The notes: generated by a model from the sequence alone, not told the origin. Counted from the stretch's first letter, positions 35,224 to 50,481 are shown. The stretch is 64,000 nt of DNA from Tubulanus polymorphus (GCF_964204645.1 NC_134036.1:10023859-10087858), one strand, 5' to 3'. Made by a program: numbers and translations.

Positions 35224-37513
35224 CAGACGGCCTTCGTTAGGATGAAACATATTCGAAGTGCGTTGATTGCCGTGTTTTGCTACTATCCCAGCCAAGTCAC
35301 TTATTACAACAGTCGGCTGGTGCTTCATGGAAAGTATCATGTGTACGTGATCCCTCGGCCCTTCTCCACGAAGTAACACCTTAATACCGTAGGCCACTCG
35401 ATGTGGACATGTTACAGCAAGCCAACCACCTGACAATAAAAATAAAGTCATATTATTCGAACGAACTTTATATTTAAGTTCGGAGAAACAACGAACATTG
35501 ATCCTTACCTGATGCTCCCCATAGTTTAACTAACTTGTCATAGTACTATTGTTACCATAGACCTTGCTTTAAAGCATTTTAAGCATACTCGTTTTCGATC
35601 CGGTCTCTTTTATTCCGATGCTTCTGCATGCTTTCTGAATGTCTTGTACTGTAATAATAGCGCTTATTCCATCTTGCCATTGTAGGTAAGAATTATTTAG
35701 TCATAATCTAGGTCTGTTAACTCCTAACCACAGTGTCGTACATAAAATGTAATATCTGTTCGGTGGTTATCGTCAATTCATTGTCTTCATCATTGTTGTC
35801 GTCTTGGACATGCAAACAGTTGTATTTTTTGTACTCTGTATTTACAGCGGTATCACCGCTTCTACTTTTACGATCCATGGCGCCCAGTTACTAAAGTTTG
35901 GGGCTACTATCTTGTTCGCCATGCAACCTAAAATATGTACAAACGATTGCTGTAGCCACTATTTGAGATGAATGTGGCTACCTTCTAATGTTGAAAATGC
36001 TACCTTTGCTTGATTGATTGATTATATCAGTTTCCACTTGCGATTAAAACGAATCAATATTTACATCATCCGTGCAGTCGTCTGTTGGCTCTAATTCTGA
36101 AGCTGCAATAGAAAATAACGCGGATGAATGACGTCCGTTGGTAGAAACAAACATATAGAAACCTCACCATTGAGCCTGTTGGTTGAGTTTTATGTTCGAT
36201 GTTTCCTCTATGATTGACACCAAACGACCTACTGCTGTATGATTCTGAAATTATAAGACATGAAATTTCATGAACAATAGAATTAACAAAGTCATATTTG
36301 AACTTTACAGTGAGGTTGATACTTACCATCAAACCAGCTCGTAACCACAGACATAAACGAGTCGACAACAACAAACTGTCGTCGAAGATATGAATTCCCT
36401 CATCGTGCTCCTGATATCGAAACCAATGACCTCGTTGTCGTCATTGCCGAACGTATACTTCAATATCTTAAAAAAACAGTGTCATTGAACATTATATGAT
36501 TAGATAAGACAACATTTTAAATGCATGATTTTCGACTCAATTAAATAAATCCATTAAATAATTCAATCAAAATAACTTATGTGAATGGCAATAATATCGA
36601 CAATTTCCCCGCGAAACGTAAATCTGTGTTCGTGCAGTTCACATCCACATTTATGGCAACGATTTTTGCGAAGTCTAATCTGCGTGATTTGGCTTGGAGA
36701 TTGTACATGTCCCGGGATAACCGGGATTCGCTTGTAATTGCGTAAATAATGTGACAATTTGTCCAAAAGTTGACCCTGTGGCGGGTATGAATTGTCGATG
36801 GAATGGTCAGCGTCTTGGTGTCCAGATTATTGGATTTCACGTCGGTGAATGCCAGATTTGATTGCAATGAAAACCACTTTGCAATAGACTTGTGGATACA
36901 GCCTTTCCTGATGAGCATTTACAATTTAATTGTAATGCTTTCCGATCGAACGAAATGACACATCTACCATGCCGACTCCATGATCGTATTTCTCCGCAAA
37001 ATATTGACATATGGATAAAGCGTTCACTTCTCATCCATACACTGATCAATGGAGCCTTTTTTGCAATGCCAACTGTGAACGCACTGGACAAGCATTTTTG
37101 CTATCTATTCCAATAATTTATCTATGTACAAGTGACTCTAAACTGTCGTTTTTTAACTGTGTATTTACATATGGAAGGGCGTGAGTACCACTTTTGACGT
37201 GTGGACTCTGGTATGCATTATTGCCACCTCGTGCAGACGCTTCTGATGCCGAGATGCACGTGTCGTTTTCGCAACTGAACATTGCAGGCGGCGATGCCCT
37301 TGCAATCACATGGATGGGGTATCCCGCTCCGTGCATAGAATTCGCGATCAAAAATATTCCCCGATTGGGGTCGACACATATCCCGGGGTTGTGTCTGTTG
37401 GAATCAATAATTGCAGGTGAATGCTGTGCCATATGCTTCTTTATATTTTTTCTATACCTAATGGTAGCATTGCAATGTGTAAATTTCACATTGTCCCATT
37501 TAGGGTTCGGCAT
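35197..37513 (-). pseudogene. KDZ/Zisupton-type (HMGXB3-like) transposase relic, multi-exon
   Basis: SGGW...CPH.V.Y..K..LR.E.PRD....LS.KH.P.V...D motif, Cys-rich upstream exons, and GT/AG intron signals near 35431 and 35508. Confidence 0.6.
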
Positions 37514-37780
37514 TTCATTGACGGATACGACTGTTCTAAGCGCGGATTCGGTACTTCGTTGGATACGACTGCTGCAGAGCGCGGGTTCGGCATTTCATTG
37601 ACGGATACGACTGTTTCTAAGCGCGGATTCGGTACTTCGTTGGATACGACTGCTGCAGAGCGCGGATTCGGTACTTCGTTGACGGATACGACTGCTGAAG
37701 AGCGCGGATTCGGTACTTCGTTGACGGATACGACTGCTGCAGAGCGCGGATTCGGTACTTCGTTGACGGATACGACTGTT
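37503..37780. repeat. About 40-bp minisatellite (GCGCGGATTCGGTACTTCGTTGACGGATACGACTG...)
   Basis: About 7 tandem units. Confidence 0.85.
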
Positions 37781-38329
37781 TTATTACATACGACTAGATG
37801 TGTTTCGATATTTTCTCTCCGCGATATGATGGCCAAACACTCGGAGCAATGAAAATGGTCATGTCCACTTTGGTTTCGGCAACAAACATGATGGCATGCG
37901 AGTATAAGTATATCTAGCAAAAGCAAAAAAAAAAACAGAAAAAGAATAAAAAGCAATAATAATACATCGCTTTCATCGTTGGTAGCCTTATATTCAAGAA
38001 ATGCATAGTTCAGTTTACCTCTGTACAAAAACGCTGATTTTCTATGGCATAGTAGATGGTTCTTTAATCACGACTTTTTTGCTGGCTTAAAGACGGTAGT
38101 TGGACGCGCTGGGCAGCTGTGTAGAGGTTGCTTCGGTAGCGACTCCAAATACGTATCAACAGACTTTATGATAGAGGCTTGCGGCTGCAGCGAGAATTAC
38201 ATTATTCATAATATTAGATGAATTCAACTTATTGTCACTGATTATATCTTTAGTTTCAATTTATTATGTATTTTTTATGATATAATAATCATTTAGTCTT
38301 AGAAAACAAAACAAATACTGCTAGAAAAA

Positions 38330-39075
38330 TCGCAATCGCTCCTAAAATCACGCTGTCTTCTACATGGCGTTACAGGCCCCAAATGTTCTGCAGTCGATAT
38401 GGCGTGAGAGGACCCGAACGGTTTTCCGTACAAACAAATGAATAATTGTCACTCGTTATCGTAACTATTCAAAGATCTATCATTCTACATGGATTGTCAA
38501 TCATTTAGACTTAGAAAAAAGGCAAATATTGTTTCAAAAAGCTCCTAAAATCACGCTGTCTTCTAGATGGCGTGTCATCTGCAGAATAGCTTCAATTGAG
38601 ACATGGCGTGAGAGGACCCGAACGTTTTCCGTACAAACAAATGAATAATTGTCACTAATGTCACTATCATGAATATTCAAAGATTTATCATTCTATGTGG
38701 TTTGTCAATCATTTAGACTTAGAAAAAGGCAAATATTGTTTCAAGAAGCTCCTAAAACCACGCTGTCGTCTACATGGCGTGTCAGGCCCCAAACGTTCTG
38801 CAGCCAATATGGCGTGTCAAGCTTCAGTTGAAACATGGCGTGAGAGGAACCGATCGGTTTTCCGTACAAACGAAGGAATAATTGTCACTAATTATCATAA
38901 ATATTCAAATATTTATCATTCTATATGGTTTGTCAATCATTTAGACTTAGAAAAAAGGCAAATATTGTTTCAAGAAGCTCCTAAAAACCACGCTGTCGTC
39001 TACATGGCGTGTCAGGCCCCAAACGTTCTGCAGCCAATATGGCGTGTCAAGCTTCAATTGAAACATGGCGTGAGA
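38330..39075. repeat. Tandem repeat of about 205-230 bp, 3.5 copies
   Basis: GCTCCTAAAA.CACGCTGTC recurs at about 38338, 38541, 38748 and 38977. Confidence 0.8.
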
Positions 39076-39862
39076 AGACCTGGATTATTTTTCGTTCAAT
39101 CAGTAGTACAATAATCATTATGTCTTAGAAATAGGTTTATAAATCGTTGTTTCTATTTTGTTCATATTTAAAAATATACAAAAATTGCTTTGGTAATAAG
39201 TAAAGAATAAATAGAAATTCATTACACATTGATATACCGGTACTTGAAATTATCTCATTCAGGTTTTACACGTCGTATCTGACTAAATAACGTGGTCCGT
39301 TCGACGCGAACATATATCTTCGTTCCGCGTGAATCATATATAGTCTGCATTTTGCTCGGGGCTTGTGACGCCCTTTACGGATGAAACTCCATGGCTGAAA
39401 TACCCAATTCCTTTTCAGATCCAAGCTTCAGGGTCGAACTACACCCATAAAACTAATGACGACACCAGACGTATAATATTACAACGTACGTACATTTATT
39501 AAAGTTATGTGGCTGGGACTGACTGTGGTCAGTAAACATATATTGTTATAGGTACAGTTTATAGGGGTATGTCAAGTATAAACACTGAATGATTCACACT
39601 GAACAGACTGAAGTCAGTACACCATATAAACACTATACATACAATAACTATACAATAACTGGGTAACACAACTGGGTGACACGCCTTGTCAGATATGGCG
39701 TGACAAGCCCCAGGGCCTGTGACGCCATATTTAGCTGATTCTTAAGATTGACTACACTCAATTTTTCAGTCGGCGACGGACGTTTATCGTTGTTAGTGAT
39801 GTAATATGTAAAAAATACAGGAAACCTATCCCAATTGGTTTTGTTCTACCGATCCATAGTAC

Positions 39863-42452
39863 TGTAGCGTAATGGGGGAATGGGGGAATTATAAGCGGGC
39901 ACGCAACGTCCGCTACGGTGTCGTAGCGCGACACAAAGTCTCCTCAGGGAAGCGGGTTTGCACGCTTCCGGTCTCGTGATTCCTCGAGTTCCTCGTGGTA
40001 GCATGAACGGCGAGGGGGAAAGTGGACGTTGCTTCATAAGTTCGCTGATGTCGAACGGACTCTAGGAAAAAGTTGAAATCAGAAGAGTGGTTGGAAATGC
40101 CTCGGAGAAACGGACCAAAGCCAAAGAACGAAATTCAGAGATGTACGTATACCTCGATATGTCCACGATAGTGGCTTTAATTAATATCTTAATGTAAATA
40201 ATGCAATTACAACTTTATGATGATTAGATTAACAATGATCAAATGAAATAGAGTGTTAATAACATACAGGGCTGGTGACACACAGTCAAAAGACACACGG
40301 TCTCGAGAGGACACACAGTCCCACAGCCTCAAAGTATGCCTGAACTTGCAAGATCTCAAATAAAACACGGAAATGAAGGATAATAAATCTTATTTCAATA
40401 CTATACACCGAGTCACGTTATCTGATGAAAAAGGAAGCCATTAACCGAGGAGACTCCTTGAAAGTTCGACTAATTCTACTAGTATCTACAATATATCTAC
40501 AGCGTGCGAAACGCGATCAATAGGATAAGATTTCGTCAAACATTTATACAAAGTGCCCTCGGACGGGACCGAGGGCAAAACGCGATAATACGGTCTCGGG
40601 GAACTAATGATGTTCGACCACACGATTGGCTTCAATGTTTAATACACACAGTTAATAACAGCGCGCTCTGACGGAATCGAGGGCGAAAAGCGATAGGACG
40701 CTCTTATAATATACAACAATAAATTAGGCCAATCAAAACCGTAAATAGAAATAACAAGCGGGACCGGTTCAGGACACGGCGACTTGCCTTCCAACTCGTC
40801 GACCCATGCAATCTACTCCGGTCAGGTTGAGAGGTCAGGTTAATACCCCCATTAACCAACAATTAAAAACGTTAATTAACGAGCCGGGAAACGAGCGCGC
40901 CGACCGGCCCGGCAACGTGCACCGCAACCGGCCCGGAGTCAAGAAATTCCAACAATAGATACCGGAGACTCCCCTCGCGAGCGAAACCTAGCGGGGGAAG
41001 CCCGATAAATGATACATTTGGCCGCGAACACAGAAGGTAGAAAGTTTCTTTTGTCCAATGGCGTATAGCGCCGCCGCGGTCGAAAATCGAACTAATCTGT
41101 CAAGTCGATAATTTTCTAAGTGAGAAGACGCCGCGTTCAGTTCGCGGTACACTGCTGTTCATCAAATTTCTTTTGAAGTTGAAGTTCACAGCGCGCTATT
41201 CAGTTTTCAGAAGTAGAGGGCTAAAATAACATCATTCGTAAGATCTCAGATTGAATATTTTCATCAGATTCAGAGCTCAGTTCATTGTATAAAATGTGTT
41301 ATTTCATGTATTAGACAGTTACTTCTATTACTCTGACAGGAGTTTTTATGTCATAATTTTTTTTACCCCATGTGTAACTCAATTATAGCAGAGTTGATAG
41401 TTGAATTATCAATTATTAAGTTATAAATAAATTAGTATTATTAATCTAATTATTGGATTGATTATTATTAAGAGATATGACATTATAAACATATATATAA
41501 TGCACAGTTATGGATGTTATATATAATGCAAAGATATGGATGTTATAATGATAATGTATTTCTACTCGCATAGAAATGAGACTAAAGTTTTCCTGTTTGG
41601 ATATTCTAAAAGCTTATCAGTCCTTTGCCAAGGATATGAATGGTTTGTGATGATATTATGTAAACTAAATTCATTTGTTGGTTGAACGATTTCAATTAAT
41701 ATCGCAATATTTAGCATTCGTGATATAATTACTATGATAGAGATATGGCCATTTGTCTATTGTTTATGTTAGCAAAAGATTGCATTTGATATAGAAGGCT
41801 TTAAAATGTTTTGATGTATGGTTGAGATTTTCAAAATAAATGTTATGCTTACATGAGATAATTGGAACTAGATGTTTTATTTCATTTTTATCAAGTATCG
41901 ATGGATGAGAAGTCTTTCGACGATGTGCAGTTAGCCCATTAGAGTTTGCCTTACAATACTTTACTCTCAGTCTAAGCTGAATTTAATTCATACCGCCGTT
42001 ACAGTACCATAAAATTCACACAAAATCTTTAGCGTCATTGGAATAGGACGTCCCCTGTTTCACATCCGGCAGGTGTGTTGACGGTGGGTAAGTTTAATAA
42101 GGTACACCAAATCTATTAAAACGATCGCTATTTTAAAATCAAATCATCCCGAAGAAATTGGGGATTCGAACCTATCGGATATATACTGGTACTCGGCGTC
42201 TTTCCACTTAACAAAACATCGTCAATAACATTAGTTCTTATTATTGCTAAGTAGCGGCGCTACCGGTACTGTCGATCGGACATCAGAAACTTTCTACCTT
42301 TTGCGCGGACACAACGGAACACGGAATATACAATACGGAAAAGACAGGATTATTTACATTCAAAGACAGGTAATAGGGTCGAACAAGTTCTAAAAGAGGG
42401 TGGGACCGGAGTTGGACTCCGTAGCAGAAAGAAACCCCGCTGTTACGCTACA
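39863..42452 (-). mobile_element. 3' LTR of a Gypsy-like retrotransposon (about 1.3 kb after removing the nested insert)
   Basis: TGTAGCGTAA...TTACGCTACA termini; on the minus strand a purine-rich GAGGACGTTCGGGGCTGGAGGGGG lies just before the LTR (PPT-like). Confidence 0.6.
41029..42305. mobile_element. Non-autonomous CAC-ended TIR element nested in the LTR
   Basis: 21-bp imperfect TIR CACAGAAGGTAGAAAGTTTCT / CGCAAAAGGTAGAAAGTTTCT; near-TSD CGAA/CGGA. Confidence 0.6.
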
Positions 42453-43015
42453 AAGCCCCCTCCAGCCCCGAACGTCCTCGTTCGGAACAGGCGACAAAAA
42501 AGGTTAGAATTTATCAGCACTAGATGGTATCATATAAAATTTTAAAGAGAAGTTTTTCCTGCGCGGACAGCATCCCACACGATTTCGCAATATGTACAAG
42601 GAGGAAGCTCATCTGACGGATGTTCAATACGGATGGTATCCCAGCTGGCAAACAACCGACATCTGACGTCGATTTTGGTGGAGGTTGCGCTGTTACGTAG
42701 ATACAACGTCGGACTTACGTCGGGTCTGGCCAGTAAGCATTGAGATCATCTTTATCACTGTTTATGACGTTGAAACGACGTCGCACTTTTCGACTAATCG
42801 AAATTACGTTGGAAATATTTAACAAATCCAACACAAGAAAAATAGTACTAATTTTGATCTAAAAAAGCATTTCCAAATAAAAAAATGCCCTTTAAAAACA
42901 TATTTACCATCGTTTGGTCTTCTAAAGAGCGATTGTGTAAAGTCGGAAAGGCAGTCATGCCGAACCTTTCTGAGCAGATTAGTTTCACCTATCCGCCACT
43001 GCGTGGCGTGCTACA

Positions 43016-45027
43016 ATGAGCTCAACCAATGAAATCGCAGTGATGGCGGCTCCCAGGAATTCCAGCGATAATTCCTCGTCGTCGTACAATTTAAGAAATT
43101 TAGAGGCAAAAAATTACCTACAGATGATCCAACTTCCATTAATAAAGGGAAGGAAAGTTAAAGCTCAACCTGCTGTACAGACTTTAGGCTACTACGACGT
43201 TGAAAGAATTATTTCGAGAAAGACAGAGGGCCGAAAGGTAACGTTAAGTTAAGAAGCATAGCCATACATTCGTTTAGCCCCCAATGAGACGTAAAATAGC
43301 GCACTACGCTGGTATATTCGGCTAAATGTCTTATTTAGGCCTATGGAATTAAGGTATGAGTGAAGTCACCCGCCTACGAGGATGCCCTGGTTCCAAATGA
43401 AAATATTCGTAATTTTTCATTTATTATGTTCTAATATCCAGAAAATGAGCATAACGCACAAAACTATTAAGATACATTGATAAAACATTTTTTAGATCAA
43501 TATTTATTATGTAGATTGCCATTACGAGTTTGGATGGCACAGTTTATGTCTTAAAATTCACGGATTATAATTCGGTATGTGGCTGCCCTGACAGCTAACC
43601 GAGCCGACGCTAGCGCCATCTATCAAACATAAATTGAAGCTGTTGCCCAATTTTACAACAAATACTGCCACAAATCATTGGAAAGGTCTGTTGTGTTTAG
43701 TGTCAATAGAATTTTCATAGGCCCTATATTTTTTAAGATGCCAAGTCTCAGATTCGACTGGCAGTGCTTATTGTTTTCGAAAGATTTGGAGAACAGAAGT
43801 TACAACCTGTCCGAGAGGGGAGGACTAGCCTACTTGTTTTACACATTTCTTCAAACTTCAAAATTTTCATACTGAGAGGAAATCAAGGGTGATGTTGATT
43901 TGTAATTGACACATAATTCTTGAATTAAGTATAGAACTCCTATGAATAAATACAGCATATAATAGCACATATTATTCGTATGCAGGCCTACTTGTCGGTG
44001 AAGGTTCTTCGGTTTGTTACTGTTGCCTATTTTGTGGCTGAAAATAATGAATAATGAAAAACCCTCATCAACTTTGAGGTGACTGTTAAGTGATACCACA
44101 CGTTCTGCAGGCCATAAAAAATTACTTGATTCTCATCAGTTGTGATCAACATATCGGAGAGGGAGGTTTATATTTTGTATGAAATAATATTGATTTATGA
44201 TGATTTTATATCCGTCATATTCATCTAAAAACGACTCTGTCACAATAGCAAGGCCCATTGAGGTTGCGATTTTTTTTAAACCAAAACCGCTTGTCACTGA
44301 ACAGAAGTGGGTCAATGTTTGCTGAACTGAACTAGCTTTCAATAATCATTAAATGTGAACTAATTTGAGTGCTATGTGTCACTATTATCTTAAGTGTTTA
44401 CAATTCGGAGTGGGCGCTGATAAGAATCAAATAATTTATTTCATAAGATCTAAATGTCATCAAGATGCTGAAGTACTGGTACAAACAAATTGTTGTATTT
44501 TTCAGGTTTTCTTTCTTGTCAAGTGGGAAACTTATAGTATAACTCATTGTTCCTGGGAGCCGTCTTCACATCTGCCACGTCATTTTATTGATAATTACGA
44601 GGAACCAAATATTGAACCCACACGAATTTCATTTTGGTCCGATCCTTTTTCTGAAGCTGTTAGAAGATTAGTCCTAACTGAATGAGTAGTAAGGGCAAAC
44701 ATCGAATTTCCGCTGGATATTTATCGTTATGTTTTTTACGGAAAGGGAACTCTTCTTAAAAATGGATACTTGTCTCTTCAAAAACGCGACTTTGATAAGT
44801 TACAACTCGACGCTGCTTGGAATTATCGTATCAATAAACATGGGCAGGGACTCAGAATACTATTCCCTGTAGAATTAAAAGCAAAACTATGGTTTAGTCG
44901 AAGAATTTATTACGTAAATGAGAACAAAAATCTTCATTTTGGGAAGAATCACCCACTCGAGAAAATAATCGTCCGATGTGTAACTATTGCGTGCGATACG
45001 GCGACATTGAATGATGAAAATTCGTAG
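43016..45027 (+). pseudogene. Spliced chromodomain protein gene (exon 1 43016-43237, exon 2 from 44506; later frameshift)
   Basis: A phase-0 GT-AG intron (43238-44505) joins YYDVERIISRKTEGRK to VFFLVKWETYSITHCSWEP. Confidence 0.75.
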
Positions 45028-45384
45028 TTTGTATTGAACTTAGTTGACTTTAATGTCAAGCTGTAGTGAGTGGTCATTTATTCAAGAATTTCATTTTAAG
45101 ACTGCAGATTGGAACTGTATTTGTGTTTTTTTTCATGAATATTTGACATCAGAACTTGTAGTTGTCTTTTTTGCGATTGTTCGACTGCAGTTTGTGGTTT
45201 TGTAATTTTTCCTATCCTTTATTTGGACTTCACTTACCTCGGACCAATTTTGCCAGTCCCAGTTTTTCCGAGTTAGGCAAGGTTTAACTGCAGAACTGGT
45301 TTTGTATTTTTTGTACTTATTACACTACAGAACTGGAGTGTTAGTTATTTACTTCTGTTTACAATCATATTTAGAACTTGCAAT

Positions 45385-47825
45385 ATGTCTCTTGGAGATA
45401 TCGAATATAAGTACAAATTGAATTTAGTTACACGTAGTTTCAGTACATCTGCTGATGTTGTACTTAGCTTACAAATGGACTATGGTCTAATCAAAGAATT
45501 TCTAAACTTCAAGCAAAAATACAAAGATGCTAGCTATGTTTTATTATTGAATGTAGCCCTTCCAAACTTTGTTCAGTTGCACCATACTGAACGTCTGAAT
45601 CAAAGAAATCTGTTCCTCTGTAAAAAACAAGTACCAGAACTTGTCCGGTAGAAGGTACATGGAACTGAATGCTTAAGTGTGGTCAATGGGCATATATGCC
45701 CATGAACTAGTTGATGTTGGGGGGCAAGTTCAGAATTGTAAAATTTTGACCTCTGAAAACTGTGACCTACACAGAAGGATTGATCTACTTTTGAAATCAA
45801 TCATTGAATATCAAAACAGTACCCACTCCTTGTCTACCAAATGTCAGGAACAGCAAATAGAAATTGAAAGATTGAGCTCATCATTAAGTAATTATCTAGA
45901 CAAGGTTTATAACAATCCTATCAAGACAAATAGTGGGAAATTATTTCATGATCTTAGTGATTGGCAACAAAAGCGTAGACTTCATTCGCTACATGGGGAA
46001 ATTGAAAGGGCTCTATGGTTTATGGAAACATATGGCTTGGAAATTGACTCCTTGACTGTAACTAGTGGAACTAACGAGCATAATATCAATTTTAAATCTG
46101 ACAACAGCAGGAACATAGGTAGTTATGAGAAATTGTCAGACTCCGTGAAGGACAAATTGAAAAATATTTTGTATGTGCTAGACTCATTTTGTATCAGCGA
46201 TACTGCCTACCATGAATTGACCGTTCTTGATTCAGAATTACCAAAGAAGTCACTTATAGTTCAATGTAGGGAATCTCTGTCAGATATATATTCCATACAT
46301 AGGGCTGTTGGGGGAATACCAGGAGCTTACATAAGTTTCCATGAGCAAGTAGCTCTTCTGGTTAAGAATGACCCTTCTCTTCAGTCTGCTGAGAAAATTG
46401 TCATAAAATTGCGTGGTGATGGAGCAAACATGAGTCGTGTTAGTAGTTTCCTAACTATGTCACTTGCCATTCTGAAAGAAGGGGCAAACACAGGTGTACC
46501 TATTCCTATTGCAATTCTTAACCAGTCTGAATTGTATGATTCTATCAAGAATGGTCTCAAGCCACTCATTGAAGAAATCAATGAAATATTGATTCAAAAG
46601 AAAATGGCTATTAATGGTCTATCATATGAGGTTGAAATTGTATTAGGTGGCGATATGAAATTTTTACAACTGTTGTGTGGTTTAAAAGGCAGTACAGCCA
46701 ATCAAAGTTGTCCATGGTGCAAAGTGCACAAAGACAACAGACATGAGTGTAATCATAATTGGGATCATTTTCATCAAGATCCTCTTGTCAGAACCTATGA
46801 TAATTTAGTGAATGATGCCCTTGAATCCAAAAACGGGGTAGACCATCTACATATATTAAAGATAGATCCAGGAAACATTGTTATTGATGAGCTTCATCTA
46901 TTACTAAGAATATTTGATGTATTATTGCGTAATATCATCACTGATGTTAAGGATCTTGATGACTTTGCCAGACTTAGCCAGCTAGATACTGCTAATCAAC
47001 CACTAATAGGAGATAAACAACAAAATCTTTGTAAACTGATAAACTCATGTGGTGTGACTTTCAGGATATGGGAAGTCAGAGATCCATTAACACATAAAGG
47101 TACTGGCAAACTTGATTGGACATCTGTTCAAGGACCCGATGTAAAAACCATTATGACACTTCTACCTCAGATGTTACAGGGGTCAAATGTCATGCATGCA
47201 CAGACAAAACATGATGTATTACAACTGTGGATTAATTTCTTTGATTTGTACAAATATTTGTCTGATGATACACATGTACCAGAACTATTGGTTTTCTTTA
47301 AAAATGTGAAAAATTGGATCACTGATTTTCTCAGTCTTGGTTCTCAAAGGAAGGGATACAAGAAGGCCAATATCACACCCTATATGCATGCGCTTCTTTT
47401 CGATGTACCTTTCTTTTTGGACAAATTTGGTCCGCTCAAAAGGTATACAGGACAAGGGATAGAAAAGTTGAATGCGATTATCAAAAGGTACACATGGCTA
47501 AGACCTGTACGGCTGATTCAACTAAGGAGGTATTAACGGTCCTGAAAAGAATAGAACATTTAAAGGACTCTGGCCATGAAAGAAAGAAAAGGGCATATAA
47601 GAAAACTGATCAAATTACTGGTTGTGGGAAAAGCACTCCCGGGCTCAAAGAAAAAAGCGTAGAATACTGCAGGAGATACAGGAAAATTGTGTTCCATGTG
47701 ATCCTGTACCTGAAAGTGTTGAGGGATTAAGGTCTGATCTATCGATGCGTAGAACCTATGAACCCTTGAATAAATTATTCTTGATGAAAAGAGAGTTGTT
47801 ATTAAAGCCTAGCAATTCAAAATGA
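45385..47825 (+). pseudogene. Second RAG1/Transib-related DDE transposase, frameshifted at both ends (core 45677-47536)
   Basis: KLRGDG, GGDMKFL...G......CPWC, IDELHLLLRI, WTS..G, ITPYMH and GQGIEK motifs. Confidence 0.78.
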
Positions 47826-50478
47826 GGTACGAAAGCCCTGCGAATCAGTGGTTGGGCTAAGAAAATAGCCATCATGAATGAGTGGTGCCCTTTTCTTTCT
47901 TTCATGAGTGTTGCCAATTTTTCCTGATTTCGGGATTTTGACATGCATAATTCCAAAATTATTTTGATTATAGTGTAAAAATGCGATGATTTTGAAGGTG
48001 CAGACACCCATTTTCAGAATTTTTGTACATGTAGTAAGAAATTAATTTGAACATGTATGAACTTAAATTATTTTTCCAAAAATTATCTGGAATTTGACCA
48101 ATTGTTGTAAAAATGTGATGATTTTGTGGAACCATCGATTTAGTATGTATATACGCATGGCTCGGAGAGGGTGGGTCCTGAGATCTCTAAATACATAAGA
48201 CATACTAAATGCATGACCCCTTTCATGAGAGAAGAGTATATCGATGTAACTGATATTGATTGATGAAGTTGTCTTTCATTTTGTGTTATGTATTCTGTCC
48301 ATTCTGTGTTATGTATTCTGTCTCAAAATAATTACTAATGTTTGTATTTATATGTTTATTTTTCTGTTTTTAAAAATAAAATGTTTGCTTATATTACATG
48401 TATTCTCAATTACATTTATCTGGATCAGATGGTGGATTCAATATTAACAATTTTGGAAAGGATTTATTTTTCGAAAACTGCTTTTGGACAAAATTTGATG
48501 GAATAGCCTAATACCAGGGTCCGTAGCGGTCTTTAAATTCCATGAAGGTTTTTGAATTATGTTGCTGGGGAAATACTAGAATCTTTAAATTTGAAAGCTT
48601 GTCTTTGGAAGTCTTTAATGTTATCGATTATCGCCGAGTTGTATGGTGTACGGACATTTATTTACTGAAGACAATTCAATGCGTAGCAACAGTCAGCGCC
48701 TCGTGATGTCAGTGTAAGTCAGTGTACACGGGGCTAAGCGCTCGAGATGCAGATTACTGATGTATAGAGGCCTACAAACACCATCACATACACGCTCTAG
48801 TCACCATGCTGGCAGCACATCCAGTGCTCATATATTGGGGCGCGCGCGCGCGCGCTCGCGCTATACGTTTTGTTTTAATACAGTGTTTGAATGAAAACAG
48901 TTTTTTTGAATGCAATATACTACATGAATTATCATTTTTAGAGTAATTATCGGTCTAATAATTATCAGTAAGTATTTGAAATGATTTATATTGGGTCATG
49001 AGGGGGAAGGTGCGGTATCGGCATTGACGAGGTGGACGGGAACCGAGAAAATTAGGGCCTACGGTTGAAAAAATCATTTGAGAATATTATATTCTGAGGG
49101 ACGAGCCTATTTCAGAGGAGATTTTTATTAAATGGGAAGGGTGATGATGTCATAGGATTTATGAAGGCAAAAATTGCATGGCGTGTCCACGGTGTCGTCA
49201 AATTCGTGATTTTAAGCGTCCATTTAAAACCTTAAAATTTTTCTGATTTTTACAGAAAGGTCGGTTTTTGGCTCTAAATTGGAAAAATCAAATCTGCGAC
49301 TATCCGAATTTGTCTTACACCGTTGTGACCGTAGAGACCCGTATATGGCGACTGTTTAGTCAACTCATGCATGAAATGCATTTTTGCTCCATCTATTGAC
49401 AGCGAAACACACTAAGACACCACTCAACGCGTGCCCGTAATGGGAAAAACACTTGACTTTACCGATCAATTTTTACGGTTAATTTGGAAAAACTTTTCTC
49501 TGCAGTCGGTAAATGATTTTTACATCATGAGAATCACATTATTCTAAATTAAATTTATTAATACTCAACTTTTTACAATAAAACATCATGGAAGATTAAC
49601 TGCCGTTTAAATCAAATCACTAACACAAAACTCAATAGCGCGCGAGCTTCAACAATGCGTCGATAGCTGTCATGCGCAACAATGGATTCACGAGAAAGTT
49701 CGGCATGGGGATTCGAACCTGACAGGTACAGGCTATCGCGTTCGGTTTCGTAGCGAACGAGATCCGTCCACCATTTTCAACGTTGCCGAACCCCGTCGAA
49801 CCTCACGCCGTTTTTCAGTTTGTCACTCATTATCTACATTATTTTGATATAAAGGTAAGTAATTTTATATATTTTAGTTGCTAGATCGCATAAATTTGGG
49901 CCTTAGATCGAGTTGAATAACGCGTTGGACAAAAAGCCTGTTGTAATGAGCAATTATAGAGCCTACGACCATTCCTTCTGGACCCGGGGCCCTGCCTGCT
50001 TCCCTTTTCTGGTTTGCCCCTTTATTTTTCGTTGAAATTTTTTTACCTAGTTCCTTTAAACAATGATAATATGCCTTCTCTACTTCGTAGCTAGTGAGAC
50101 ATACTACGTAGAAGAGACTTAGTCCGGTCTCGACTAGTAGCATTTCCCTTAAAATTAAACGCTGTAAAAAAAATCACGGGTCTGTTTTTATTTTTAAAAG
50201 AACGAATTTGTTCCGATAGGCCTACAATATATCCGCGACGTACGTAACTTAAAGTTCTGTATCGGGTCTGACCTCACAGAGATTAAATTGAGTTTGTTTG
50301 ATACACAATTAATCTTGAGATTATCTTCAAAATAAAGTCGTGTAAAATTCATCAAAAATGTTTTATTATCAATCAGAAAATAGGCCTATCTTTATCAGTT
50401 CGTAGCATTTGAATTAACATTCATATTGTTGTTCTAGATGCTGTAAATTGCAACATTTTTTGCCCGATTTTTCAAAAG

Positions 50479-50481
<3 letters not shown>

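Noticed and set aside
37421-38028. Repetitive ORFs on both strands
   Set aside because: Derived from a ~40-bp minisatellite; no independent coding evidence
48561-48570. GCTGGG as the right end of the CCCAGC-starting element at 42640
   Set aside because: The match is only 6 bp, with no subterminal repeats or TSD support
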